From IMG/VR virus record IMGVR_UViG_3300036770_004568, positions 18,611 through 82,610 of that record: a DNA stretch of 64,000 nt. The stretch is one strand, 5' to 3'. The notes beneath the pieces are model-generated. The model saw only the letters and a program-made list of their open reading frames with translations. It searched no databases and had not been told where the DNA came from. Position numbers and translations under genes: made by a program. Positions within the stretch are counted from its first letter, which is position 1. Each line of letters starts with the position of its first letter. Of this stretch, positions 49,501 to 58,585 are shown in pieces. The stretch is from a virus.

Positions 49501-50065
49501 GTGTCTGTAGTCGCTGCACAAAAGCAGCTTTGTTGACTGGGCTCGTGAACGTCTCGTATTGCGCAACGGTGGTTCCGGCTGGCACGAGACCATACTGAAT
49601 GCTTCGGTTCAGTGCTGATGTCTTGAGATTGACTTTGGTGCTGTCACCAAAACCATAATCATCTGACTTGAAATGAGCCTCAAGATCTTGGAGCTGAGTG
49701 CTTGTTGGTGCGTAGAAATAGAACTGCTTGTAGAAGCTTGATAGATCTGCATTGGTGACTGTTGCATCCCGCGTAGCCGTCAACGACTGTCGACCATAGT
49801 TCACGACCGCATTAAAGCGATCCTGGTAGGTCATCTCCGCATAGCTCCCAGGAATACTTGTGCGGATACTGTCTAACGTTGCTACATAGCCTGAATTGAT
49901 CTTCTTGCCTTCCTCATTCAGCCGATTGACCACTTGATTAATTAGCTGATCAAGTTCAGCAACGGGCTCAACGGATGCGTTCTGATCTGTCCAGGCCGCT
50001 GTGCTGAGCGATGGATAAAAAGTATAGGGACTGGCGTTAACTGTAAACTCTTGACTCCAAGTCAC
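46472..50065 (-). CDS. large hypothetical protein (candidate internal virion protein)
   Basis: 1197 aa, largely helical; within the structural region. Confidence 0.65.
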   Translation of the reverse strand: MTWSQEFTVNASPYTFYPSLSTAAWTDQNASVEPVAELDQLINQVVNRLNEEGKKINSGYVATLDSIRTSIPGSYAEMTYQDRFNAVVNYGRQSLTATRDATVTNADLSSFYKQFYFYAPTSTQLQDLEAHFKSDDYGFGDSTKVNLKTSALNRSIQYGLVPAGTTVAQYETFTSPVNKAAFVQRLQTLNGSGTNVIIDPEKLEANPYEAAYAFMQLRESGKLTQTSTGTYSWSSGGSWKDLASFNNGGLLDTYQTLLINYEKSGVANNGVSLSQYIAETNRETYKQIEAEIASKKEAVDFSKISVDNAKGIIDTAVKQSLEESVNNLNEANADKELKIAALRGDAFREAQAALSRQKRLESLTKDDTFESMNDMFQSMGRDLGLKDGFLKSPSLRSNINFNWQNWFESELKARYDPNNPRNQLGNVIGRTEADARLGTQFIQDFLQRRFDGSKSLSEFAEYVDASDINPVLEKQSDTAFQDLAAKDYELLIGNINNPSTLLGNFWTNLQTIWAKGRDFDSSFYLNQSLGEINGSSMTVNQLHSNIKAIHNIAVEKGTTNLSTNDIKALDLVNVDKTSTTALNQQIELYRAWFNKAYAAGADLLNEQEFAKLHFDAYTKNIADPALGLAADVKLTMNDTDIFGGDVAKRIADQISYLTNQADEYLNQIQFGTFKTPEEHLMEMIQKSGIGDSANGGLFADAGLSDVVKQYIEQFSGVISTLAGESIRKQIRMVIDTGKTPDQKELGIEYIQRTKDQALSTIRSIISKESFSDQIIIDNAPGAKLNQSMSSWFSSLGLELLPGSAWTEFKKVNEIPADMTYSQWEKENGNKIDPNSGKPYQKVFWDYWATENNMRIVETKDPNSPLNTRVSFVVDQPSQSWVSWAKRISQTRPDDPILEGAQISVRSDAFDVDWYSKTNPFTKIKDEWNRIVLSSTQSILNTGGKQLGVWARDNGLNAEEAWKAYRTEQQKTNKNFGKDPTGNNVSFVTWSQNASQAEKDKFWQDSTPFWFTYLSDLGVVKGGTAKEPKYKTWSEWATEKGVSLERLGTDSKAMPPREFMEIHYFALGGSKKVNDEYLRTYFPEFDRLEAQGIVGKVGTENSPFDLSAFGFRDDMQMEMEPITKANRTTLSPIDFAMKDMFGDSMDADSFDFGANEQKPLNDFGLKIDMSYNKTMSQKKDFMNFDFGFGDFGGSGFGF

Positions 50066-50069
50066 TTAT

Positions 50070-50459
50070 CTACGCGGCCATGTTATCCTCCATTCTATCA
50101 TCGTCAATGGCTATTAAAGATTTGAGTTGATTCCACTGCAGCGTGGTCAACTCAATGTCCATCCAAGCCTTGATCCGGTTCTCTTTCTCCAGGCTCCAAA
50201 ATTCTTGCCTCTGGAACCACTGAATCCAATCCTCACTGCCTTTCTTGTGGTTGCACTGGCAAGCTGGGACGAGGTTCGAGCGGACTGTACGACCACCCTT
50301 GAATTTGGGAATGATGTGATCTAGTGAGTGCGCGTCTCGACCGCAATAGGCACACTTATGATCCCATGAACTGTAGATGTTCTGTCTGAATAGCTGTTTA
50401 GCTTTCTTCGGATGAACTGCAACAAGTAGGGCAAGAGGTTCATGGACATCCTCAAACAT
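50070..50459 (-). CDS. HNH endonuclease
   Basis: CAYCG...SLDHIIPKFKGG...NLVPAC.CNHKKG. Confidence 0.9.
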   Translation of the reverse strand: MFEDVHEPLALLVAVHPKKAKQLFRQNIYSSWDHKCAYCGRDAHSLDHIIPKFKGGRTVRSNLVPACQCNHKKGSEDWIQWFQRQEFWSLEKENRIKAWMDIELTTLQWNQLKSLIAIDDDRMEDNMAA

Positions 50460-50676
50460 TCCTAAATTGCAACTACAAGTATTCTGACAGCAATAAACTA
50501 TCCACTCTCTAGCAATTGACTAGGGCTTGTTAGACTATTGGATTGTCTTCAAATCCCCACGGAATCCCAAAGCAAAACGGAATAGTTAAGCAATTCCAAA
50601 TTGTCTCGTTTTGTTGACTTGAACCCACACCCACGAGTAGTCGATAAGATTGCATCAGTAGTCAAGCACTCACTCC

Positions 50677-50898
50677 ATGGCTCAATCGGAACCTTCATGG
50701 CTCAGCACCAGCCAAACCGAGTCCTACCTAAACATCAAGCGCCGCATGCTCTACAAGCAAAAGGACGCTGACTTCCTCAAGATGGGCGTGCATTACCGGG
50801 TCCTCAACCCCATGGCTGAGCGTCCCACCTACCAATGGAACGCCCAGGCCATTGAAGCTCAGATGGAAGGAGCCATCGACTTTGCCCTAGCCGCTTGA
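50677..50898 (+). CDS. small DNA-binding protein, excisionase candidate
   Basis: WLSTSQ...LNIKRRMLY...MGVHYR; convergent with the integrase. Confidence 0.6.
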   Translation: MAQSEPSWLSTSQTESYLNIKRRMLYKQKDADFLKMGVHYRVLNPMAERPTYQWNAQAIEAQMEGAIDFALAA

Positions 50899-50931
50899 TT
50901 TCACAGCCACGGATGCATCGCCCTCGGTCTT

Positions 50932-52158
50932 CTAGGCCGGGGGCTTTGTTTTGTGCACGGCTTCTGCTTCTTGATACGCCTTCATCAATTGCTCTTGCTT
51001 GACATCCTCACCAATCCATTTGCGATAGGTGTTCATGTGTACGTCAACAGTATGTCCCATCATCACAGCAGAGATGGAGAAGTCCACATGGAACCGCATC
51101 AACCGCAACGCATAGGCATGTCTGAGGTCATAAGGGCGAAAACCAATCTCAAGCCTGCGAAAGCCATGGGCAATCTGCTGCACAAACTTTCCCCCTGGTC
51201 GTACTCCTAGTTCATTGACTGGGATTTCGATGCTCCCATTGCGCAGCGCAAAGAGATCCACCCAGTCCCTGTGGAAGGCGTAGACGTTCTCCCGTGCTCC
51301 ATAGAGTGCATCGGTTTTGTGCTTGAGTACATTGATCGTGCTATCTCCATTCCACTCAAACCACAACACTTCGTGGGGTCTGAGCCCATAGGCTGCCATC
51401 ATCCCATAGGTCCACAGCACGGTTCTCCAATACTTCTGATCACGATTCTTGACATCAACCATCGCTTTAATTCTGGACCACGTCTTGACAATCACGTCAT
51501 CTGAAGGCGGTTTTCTGAGCTGCCCACTGGTGCGCACGGTCTTGGTTTCAATGTCCGTGGTGTCCAGGGCTACGCCATTGACCTTGGCCAGGTAGCGACA
51601 GACGTAGAGGGTCTTGTTGCGGTGCAGGGTTCCTGGTGTCTTGCTCATGATCAATGTCCTCAACATCTCTGCTGTCAGCAGTTCGTGTTCCGGCAGTTGT
51701 TTGTAAAGGATCATGTAATTGGAGTTCCAGCTATGGAGCTTCTTTCTGTCTTTCCTATCTCTGGTTTTGAAATAGTCTTTCTCTGCTCGCGCAATGGCTT
51801 CTTGCACCGTCACCCCAATCCGCTTGCTGCTGCGGATCAGGGACGCTGGGACGGAGCCGTAGCTTGACCAGTCAAAGCAGTTGCTTTGGATGGCTGCGGC
51901 AATAGCTCTGAGTTTCTTCTCAGCCTCCATCACCCCCACCTTGGTGCAGGGCAATCCCAGGTCCAGCCGTTGCCGGTAGGGCTGCTGCATGGCAGAGTCG
52001 GGCTTCGGGGGCAACAGACCCCTGAGGATCAAGCGCTCATTGCGTTCCTCTAAATACAGACCAAGCCCTTGGACCCGGTACTTCTTGTTTCGGCGTAGTA
52101 ATTCGGCTTTGATGTCAAACACCATGTCTGGTCCAGCGACGGAGCACCCCAGGACCAA
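50932..52158 (-). CDS. tyrosine recombinase/integrase, XisA-like (likely start ATG 52125)
   Basis: LRGLLPPKP N-domain; catalytic YGLRPHE, K, YDLRHAYA, MGH...TY. Confidence 0.9.
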   Translation of the reverse strand: MVLGCSVAGPDMVFDIKAELLRRNKKYRVQGLGLYLEERNERLILRGLLPPKPDSAMQQPYRQRLDLGLPCTKVGVMEAEKKLRAIAAAIQSNCFDWSSYGSVPASLIRSSKRIGVTVQEAIARAEKDYFKTRDRKDRKKLHSWNSNYMILYKQLPEHELLTAEMLRTLIMSKTPGTLHRNKTLYVCRYLAKVNGVALDTTDIETKTVRTSGQLRKPPSDDVIVKTWSRIKAMVDVKNRDQKYWRTVLWTYGMMAAYGLRPHEVLWFEWNGDSTINVLKHKTDALYGARENVYAFHRDWVDLFALRNGSIEIPVNELGVRPGGKFVQQIAHGFRRLEIGFRPYDLRHAYALRLMRFHVDFSISAVMMGHTVDVHMNTYRKWIGEDVKQEQLMKAYQEAEAVHKTKPPA

Positions 52159-52366
52159 CTCCCTCCAGAAGGCAGTTGCCTACTAGAGATAGTAGTGGAC
52201 TGACAGTTGATCTCGAACTGGCCATCTGGAGAATTCCAGTCCTTGAGATCGACTGCGCTGCAAGGGGACTCAGAGAGTAGCACAGGTGGTTTGGTCCCAA
52301 GGTGCGGGACCAGAACGGGACCAGACCTGGCCTGTTATGGCCGGACCTCCCGGCTGAAAAATGTGA

Positions 52367-52579
52367 TTAAATTCGGCCAGATGCCGTGACGTAAGCCGCG
52401 CCGAGGGCATCCATTAAACTAGTCTGACCGTCCGCATAGGGCATGTTGATCACGTCACCCGGCCTGATGATTGTGCCTCGATCTTGAAACTTTGTTTCTG
52501 CATAGGCACCTAGTCGAATATCTTTCTGGCGATCTGATTCATTCAGCGTCCGCTCAATGATTTTTTTGAATTCAGACAT
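52367..52579 (-). CDS. hypothetical protein
   Basis: 70 aa with TAGAAT 23 nt upstream. Confidence 0.6.
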   Translation of the reverse strand: MSEFKKIIERTLNESDRQKDIRLGAYAETKFQDRGTIIRPGDVINMPYADGQTSLMDALGAAYVTASGRI

Positions 52580-52605
52580 CTCACATCCTATTGACTAGTA
52601 GTATT

Positions 52606-54063
52606 CTACCTTCTCGGTATATCTTGAGGCTTGAAAGATTCACCTGTAATTGGATCTTGCATCACAAAATCCTTTGGCTTAATGAACTGCGATGGTAGGT
52701 TAAAGAGCTTGGTGATCGCAGGCTTCATCTGCGGAGTCTGTGCGTTGTAGGGCGGGATGTTCATGAAACTGATCCCGTACTCAGCCCGCTGCATCAAGCT
52801 GTCTTGTGTTTTCAGCCCTTCACGGCGGATGGCCTGTTCGATGTCAGTGACTGAGACACCAATGGGATAGTCACTCGGCTCTGGTGTGAGATCACCGCTG
52901 GCAAACTTCAAGGCATAGATGTGTTTACAGAAACGCACTTGATCCAAGGGCTGTGTCCACGAACTCCCCTCATAGATCACGTTGCCTTCTTCATCCACCC
53001 TGTAGTCATTGAACAGCGGTGGTCCGGTGCCGTTGTTGGTGTACGTCGCACCAAAGTCTTCGAAGATGCCAGGATCATCGCGTGTGCCTTCCACCAGTCG
53101 CATCTCGGTGTTATCTGTCAGCGATGTCTGAGCACTGAGATCAACCTTATCGGTGCCTGCAAGCGTCACCCGCTCCTTCTGACCGAGCTTGACGGTCCTT
53201 GCATTGGTATAGGGGAAATAACGTCCCCTAGCCCGTCCCATGGCTGCCTCAGCCTGTAATTTGGAGACCCACGCATAGTCCCTCCCGAGATAGTCCTGAC
53301 AGGTGCAGACGTACCGCGCTCCAACGGAGAGCCAACGTCCTGGTGTAAATCCCACGGTTGAGGGACTGACTAACACCCGATCAGGACTGGTCCAGATGGA
53401 GCCAACACGACGGAACCGCACAATGCCGTCATAGGGTTTGACCTCAGCCAAGACTGCACTGACATAGCCATAGCGCAATCCATTCTCTGGATTGACCGTG
53501 TCTTTGGTGATGAGCTCCTCCCCTTTCCCAATAATGCGATCTTCAAAGATCTCACCAACCAATGGGTATTGTGGATTATCAGGGAGATCAATGAACAGAG
53601 GTGCGGGCAATGGATTGTCCTTACTCCAGTCTCCTTCAAACTTGACAGTGATCAATTCATCTGTCACTTCAGAGTATTCAACACGCAATCCATCAATGCC
53701 ATTGGCACGGAAGTCATCCGTGCGCATAGCACCAGCAAGCCTGGCCCCGCACCAGTGCATGCCCAGTTCGGTGTTAGGCGTCGGGAAACCTACAAACACA
53801 CCAGGGATCTGGGGCTTTTCTTCCTCATCGGTTGCTCCTGGTACTTCGACTTCATAGAAGAAGGGGAAATACCAGGGGCTATCGAGCCCTACGGACTGGG
53901 AGATTTCATAGCCCCGTAGCCAGCGCATGTAAGCTGACTGACGGTTGTAGCTGCCATGGGCGTTTGTTGTTTGCATTGAACGGGCAAACGATGCGCTTGG
54001 TTTGTTAAACGCAAACGCATTGGCCGATGGTTTATAGAACAGATCCCCACTAGAGGGAGCCAT
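52606..54063 (-). CDS. hypothetical protein with a split SWIM-like Zn motif
   Basis: YVCTCQDY ... RFCKHIYA. Confidence 0.65.
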   Translation of the reverse strand: MAPSSGDLFYKPSANAFAFNKPSASFARSMQTTNAHGSYNRQSAYMRWLRGYEISQSVGLDSPWYFPFFYEVEVPGATDEEEKPQIPGVFVGFPTPNTELGMHWCGARLAGAMRTDDFRANGIDGLRVEYSEVTDELITVKFEGDWSKDNPLPAPLFIDLPDNPQYPLVGEIFEDRIIGKGEELITKDTVNPENGLRYGYVSAVLAEVKPYDGIVRFRRVGSIWTSPDRVLVSPSTVGFTPGRWLSVGARYVCTCQDYLGRDYAWVSKLQAEAAMGRARGRYFPYTNARTVKLGQKERVTLAGTDKVDLSAQTSLTDNTEMRLVEGTRDDPGIFEDFGATYTNNGTGPPLFNDYRVDEEGNVIYEGSSWTQPLDQVRFCKHIYALKFASGDLTPEPSDYPIGVSVTDIEQAIRREGLKTQDSLMQRAEYGISFMNIPPYNAQTPQMKPAITKLFNLPSQFIKPKDFVMQDPITGESFKPQDIPRR

Positions 54064-54065
54064 GA

Positions 54066-55493
54066 TCAGTAATAACCGCCTTGGGCAATGATGGTCACAC
54101 CAGGTGCATAGTTCACGGTCGTCCCAGCGGTAGCATAAAGACCTGCGTAGATGGCATCACCGCGCTGTAGGAACAGGGCACGGTTCCGTCCAGGTAGATC
54201 TGCACCCAGACTTCCTGTGACTTGCGGAACGGGAACGGTGGTGTGGGGCAGCATGGCTAGGGCATCAACCCTGGAGTCGGAGGGTCCGAGAACCACGCTT
54301 CCAATGAACTTGTAGTCCCCATCGTTGGCAACAGGGTTTACTTTCTGCCTGACGTGATAGAAGCAGATTTCAATCTCATCAAACGTTTCATCTAGCGTGC
54401 TTCCAATAAAGATGAATCCGTTATCAGGTGTCAATAAAGTTGCCCGATCAAAGAAGACCACACTATTGATATTGCTGTACTGATAGAAGCCAGGACCACT
54501 GGGATGACTGCCAAGTGTGGGGCTCAAGAAGGTAAAACCATTAGCAGCACTAAAGTTCACTGCATCAGGACGCGCCACCAGTGGATTTTCTCCGGTGTAT
54601 TGATAGGCACCAGTTGAGTTAGGCAGCTGACCTAGTGAGTTGAGAAAATCTGTTGTTGTGACGTGAATGATATCGTTCTGCGTAAACGTCACTGGATACT
54701 TGTAGTACACTTCAGCGGTGCCAAGGCGGGTGAATCCGCTAGGCGTTGTGTACGTTAGAACAGCATCGTAACCCGTAACACCTGCTCCCGTGTAAAGGTA
54801 ATAGCCAGAGCTGAGGAAAGCGGAGCCTGGGTTTGTACCTAGGTATTGGAATCCTGAGGCGACTGTGTAGGTCAAACCCGATGGCGGACTAGAAATAGCC
54901 AACGAATTAACATACTGGTATACACCAACTCCGCTTGGTAGAGCAGTACTGGGATTAGCAACAACACCAGTTTCCGATACGTACAAATAATCGTACTGAC
55001 CAATGTTGATAGCATTTCCAGCATTCAGCAATGTGATTGTGGATGCTGGAGGGAGTCCAGATGGAATATGGACCAGATCTCCCGATGCAAGTGTTAGTTG
55101 TGATGCCGGAACACCGGCTACAACCAACGCATCAACGGTTGCTGGAGTTGTTTGATCAAGGGTTGTTGTTGGAGTAAAGAAATTTTCCGCCGCCTGCACA
55201 ATCGTTCCTGTGGTGTATGTCACTGATGTAGCCACACCTGATGCAGCAATAATCACGTCAGCATCGGGAACTGATTCATTGCGGATGATTTCAATGGTGT
55301 CCACAACACCACCTGAGATGTCGTCATCAGTCAGTGTGCGGTCCATGTCCACCAACAAGATGGGACCTTGACCACCCTGCACTTTGTAAGTGTCTTGGTT
55401 GCGATCACCCACCGCAGCCGTCGTCAAGACTTCGACCTCAATCAGAGGACGGTCAATCAAAAGCGGCTGCTTATTGGTAGAAGTTGACGACAT
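54066..55493 (-). CDS. putative virion structural protein
   Basis: 475 aa, T/G/Y-rich internal repeats (G.YQY...GF). Confidence 0.6.
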   Translation of the reverse strand: MSSTSTNKQPLLIDRPLIEVEVLTTAAVGDRNQDTYKVQGGQGPILLVDMDRTLTDDDISGGVVDTIEIIRNESVPDADVIIAASGVATSVTYTTGTIVQAAENFFTPTTTLDQTTPATVDALVVAGVPASQLTLASGDLVHIPSGLPPASTITLLNAGNAINIGQYDYLYVSETGVVANPSTALPSGVGVYQYVNSLAISSPPSGLTYTVASGFQYLGTNPGSAFLSSGYYLYTGAGVTGYDAVLTYTTPSGFTRLGTAEVYYKYPVTFTQNDIIHVTTTDFLNSLGQLPNSTGAYQYTGENPLVARPDAVNFSAANGFTFLSPTLGSHPSGPGFYQYSNINSVVFFDRATLLTPDNGFIFIGSTLDETFDEIEICFYHVRQKVNPVANDGDYKFIGSVVLGPSDSRVDALAMLPHTTVPVPQVTGSLGADLPGRNRALFLQRGDAIYAGLYATAGTTVNYAPGVTIIAQGGYY

Positions 55494-55536
55494 CTCTTCT
55501 AATTACTTTTTCTCTATTATAGCTTGCTCTACCCGA

Positions 55537-56307
55537 TCAAACGCTATAGCTGCCGTCTGTATCCATGGCCATGGCGTAGTAATCAGGACCATTGACAAGC
55601 ATGTTGTCAATGAATGCACTCAAGAAGCTCTGTCCTTCTTTCTTCTCTTCTTTCTTCTCATCGTCTTTTCCAGACTTGATATTGATCACAATCCCTGGTG
55701 CGACTTCATTGGGATTACTGCTTTGAGCCACTGTTGCCGCAGCTGGAGTTGTCGTTGTAGGTGTCGCTGATGCCGTAGCTGTCGCAGGAAGTGTTGATCC
55801 TCCCATGGATGCTCCCTTCCTGAAGTAGTCCTGCACCACGCTGTAGGGCTTGACTGGCTGACCGTAATAGCTCTGGCCTGAGAGGGTTGGCAGTGACGCC
55901 CATTCAGGAGCTAGCCGTGCGGTCAGTTCCGGTGTCAGTCCTCCGGCTTTGGTCAAAGCTGCAAGACCACCGACAGGCTTCAAGCGCTCGCGCACCAGGT
56001 GAAGCATCCCCAGATCTTGTTCTTCTGGTGTGAAGGATGTAGCTCCAATGGCTTGGCTGGTCCGTGCCCAAGTTGCAGGCATGAACTGGTACGCCCCGGC
56101 TGCAGCACTGGAATACCGTCCTCCATGGATCACACGGTCTGGATGCTTAGAGAGGTCGTTGAACGTACCGCCGCCGTATTGCACGTTGTAGCGCACACCA
56201 TCTTTACCCCAAGTCCCTTCTGGACCTGCAATGGCAGCCTTCAGTCCATTAAAGAGCGTTGGGTTTTGTGCTCTCCACTGCTCCAGTAGTGCCCGTGTTT
56301 GCGTCAT
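55537..56307 (-). CDS. lambda-lysozyme-like (GH104) lytic transglycosylase
   Basis: IAGPEGT, HP, SAAAGAYQFMPATW, EWASLP. Confidence 0.85.
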   Translation of the reverse strand: MTQTRALLEQWRAQNPTLFNGLKAAIAGPEGTWGKDGVRYNVQYGGGTFNDLSKHPDRVIHGGRYSSAAAGAYQFMPATWARTSQAIGATSFTPEEQDLGMLHLVRERLKPVGGLAALTKAGGLTPELTARLAPEWASLPTLSGQSYYGQPVKPYSVVQDYFRKGASMGGSTLPATATASATPTTTTPAAATVAQSSNPNEVAPGIVINIKSGKDDEKKEEKKEGQSFLSAFIDNMLVNGPDYYAMAMDTDGSYSV

Positions 56308-56310
56308 GGC

Positions 56311-57333
56311 TTACCCCACTGGATAGTCAATCACATTGCCAGGAAGGCTTTGACCACTAATCACTTTGTTTTCCGCTGGTGCAGGAGCAGAGGCCGGAGC
56401 GCCAGTCTGAGCATTGCGTTGTAGCATCCGTGCATATTCGCGTTGTGCTAGAGCTGGGTTGGCCATCGCCCATTGCTTCATCTTCTCGTCATAACCGAGT
56501 TGACTGATGACTGAATCCAGTTCACTGTTCTTGGCGTTAAAGCGTTGAGCACCCACAGCCTCTTGAGCTGCGTAGTACTGAGGCAGGGTTACATTGGTTT
56601 GCTTGTCCACACCTGGAATGCTGATCCCACCGGCTGGAAGTGAGGTCATGTTGGCCACGCTCTCTAGCCCTGGTGCACCACCAAACTTGTTCTCTAAAGC
56701 GGCCACTTGATCCTGATAGGCTTTAGCTACACCTGCTGCTTGCTGGAACTGCTGGGTCTGTTGTGCACTGACCGTTGGAGCAGGACTGGTCGCAAAGGTT
56801 GGTGTCCCGCCTGTTTCCGTGGTTTGAATTGGTGCTGTTGTACCCACTCCTCCAAATGTTTGAGGGGGTGGCAGCACAGGGGCATCGGGAACTGAACCAC
56901 CTTGTCCCACCATTTCAGGTGTCAGGAGTCCATGCTTAACGGCTGTGGCACCAGATTGAAAACCGTACTTGTCTCCTGTCCAAAAGACAGGTTGACCGCC
57001 ACGCGTTGATGGCGTTCCAAGTTCACGGATACCTGTTGCATTGTTGACAGGCTGTCTGTTGCCTGAAGGAGGCGGGCCTGCAAAGCGTCCTTCTTGTGCA
57101 GCTCGAAACGCCTCATCTCGGCTACCAACAAAGCGAGGATCACGGGCTCCAGGCGTTGCTGTTGGCCGCACTGTTCCTGCGTTAGCTGGTCTGACCAGTG
57201 GCGGTAGTCCTAGATCACGCCGGTTGTCATCAGCCATCTTGCGAAGACCAGCGCCAAAGAATTCCTGGATTCCTTTCCAGGCTCCTTGGTTAACAGTACT
57301 GTTTTGTCCAGTGCGGCGGGCTTGAGGACTCAT
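56311..57333 (-). CDS. hypothetical low-complexity protein (candidate ejected protein)
   Basis: 340 aa, G/A/P/Q/T-rich. Confidence 0.6.
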   Translation of the reverse strand: MSPQARRTGQNSTVNQGAWKGIQEFFGAGLRKMADDNRRDLGLPPLVRPANAGTVRPTATPGARDPRFVGSRDEAFRAAQEGRFAGPPPSGNRQPVNNATGIRELGTPSTRGGQPVFWTGDKYGFQSGATAVKHGLLTPEMVGQGGSVPDAPVLPPPQTFGGVGTTAPIQTTETGGTPTFATSPAPTVSAQQTQQFQQAAGVAKAYQDQVAALENKFGGAPGLESVANMTSLPAGGISIPGVDKQTNVTLPQYYAAQEAVGAQRFNAKNSELDSVISQLGYDEKMKQWAMANPALAQREYARMLQRNAQTGAPASAPAPAENKVISGQSLPGNVIDYPVG

Positions 57334-57336
57334 GAC

Positions 57337-57801
57337 TTACATCCAAATCAAATTGAGTAGAATTCTGGTACCAATGGCAACATCAGCAGGGCCAGGTAGA
57401 GCTTGAATAAACTCTGCACCTGATCGTTCATAGCGATAGCGTGCCTGCATCTCATCCCTGTAATTCGGGAGATAAAGCATGTGCGCTAGGCGATTGGTTT
57501 CAAACAAATAAATCTGAGACCAGACCTTCAGTGCTTCTTGGGCATTGGACGAACTCACGGTCCGGTCCACGTCACCCTCAATTTTTTCAAGCCTGGTACT
57601 AGGCGTTGAAGCAACTTCAGTCTTGCGCTCTGCCGTATCACAACGCCGAAGCTGCTGATTCAGCTTGGAATAGAAGTAGCTGTCTGGAATATTATTGACA
57701 GCCTCAACAAAGCGCGCATAATCGCCAGCAGGAATCGAGGTCACCAGAGAGTAACCCAAGTGATAGCGAACCCTAGACTGATCAAAATCAGATAGTCGCA
57801 T
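57337..57801 (-). CDS. hypothetical protein (head-completion candidate)
   Basis: 154 aa; RVRYHLGY; position downstream of the capsid gene. Confidence 0.6.
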   Translation of the reverse strand: MRLSDFDQSRVRYHLGYSLVTSIPAGDYARFVEAVNNIPDSYFYSKLNQQLRRCDTAERKTEVASTPSTRLEKIEGDVDRTVSSSNAQEALKVWSQIYLFETNRLAHMLYLPNYRDEMQARYRYERSGAEFIQALPGPADVAIGTRILLNLIWM

Positions 57802-57840
57802 GTCTCGATCTTGCCTTCAATTCATTCTATCAGGCATAAC

Positions 57841-58545
57841 TCAAGCATACGGATTAGACGCTTGTTGGAATGATTGTGCTAGTAGTTTGTTAATCAATGA
57901 ACCCACTGGGTCGTAGCGCCGCTCTTCCTCTTCTTCCTGATCTTCTTTTTGTTTCTTGATCAGATCAGCCAGATCAATGTTAATTTCAATAGGCTGTCGT
58001 CCCATCCCACCAAGCGGTCCTGTTCCGGCACCTGGTTGTTGTGGTGTGCTACCGGGCTTGACTGGGGCTCCGGCTGTACTGGTTCCTTCGAGGGTTGGAT
58101 TAACATGGAAAAAAGACACTTGGTATTTCTTGCCGGTATTAGGATCCGTGGTCCAGAGACTGGCTCCTCCAGTGCCAATTTTACCTGCTCTTTCGGCCCC
58201 ACCAAGCCATGAAATACCTGTTCCTGGTTGACTAAGCTTTCCTCCGGAATAGTCTTGTCCTTTATGGAATGTTGAACCAACGCCTATATTTCTGTAGCCA
58301 TATTTAGATGTTACTTGAGCCCCAACAGCAGGATTAACCTTCCATTCCCCTTTGTCATTGATATAGAGGGGATCATTGTTAGGACCAACACCAATGTTGC
58401 GTCCAATAATACTGCGCGTAAAAGCAGGGTTAATGAAATTTCCTTTTTCATCTGCAACGCGGTAGTCAAGATGAACCCCAGTGCTTGCATTGGGATCTTT
58501 ATCTGGGGATAGAAGCTCCCCAATGCGGAATGGATTCTGACTCAT
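57841..58545 (-). CDS. M23-like peptidase, apparently circularly permuted
   Basis: STGVHLDYRV...INP precedes VTSKYGYR...HKGQDY...FFHV. Confidence 0.65.
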   Translation of the reverse strand: MSQNPFRIGELLSPDKDPNASTGVHLDYRVADEKGNFINPAFTRSIIGRNIGVGPNNDPLYINDKGEWKVNPAVGAQVTSKYGYRNIGVGSTFHKGQDYSGGKLSQPGTGISWLGGAERAGKIGTGGASLWTTDPNTGKKYQVSFFHVNPTLEGTSTAGAPVKPGSTPQQPGAGTGPLGGMGRQPIEINIDLADLIKKQKEDQEEEEERRYDPVGSLINKLLAQSFQQASNPYA

Positions 58546-58585
58546 CTTGACTTATTGCTGCCTAGAACTATTTTACGCCAGGCAA

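Noticed and set aside
50657-50671. 15-nt match AGTAGTCAAGCACTC to the tnpB right-end/guide junction (20587-20601, reverse)
   Set aside because: Only 6 nt fall in the predicted guide, and a few 15-mer matches are expected by chance in 64 kb; not enough to call a target.
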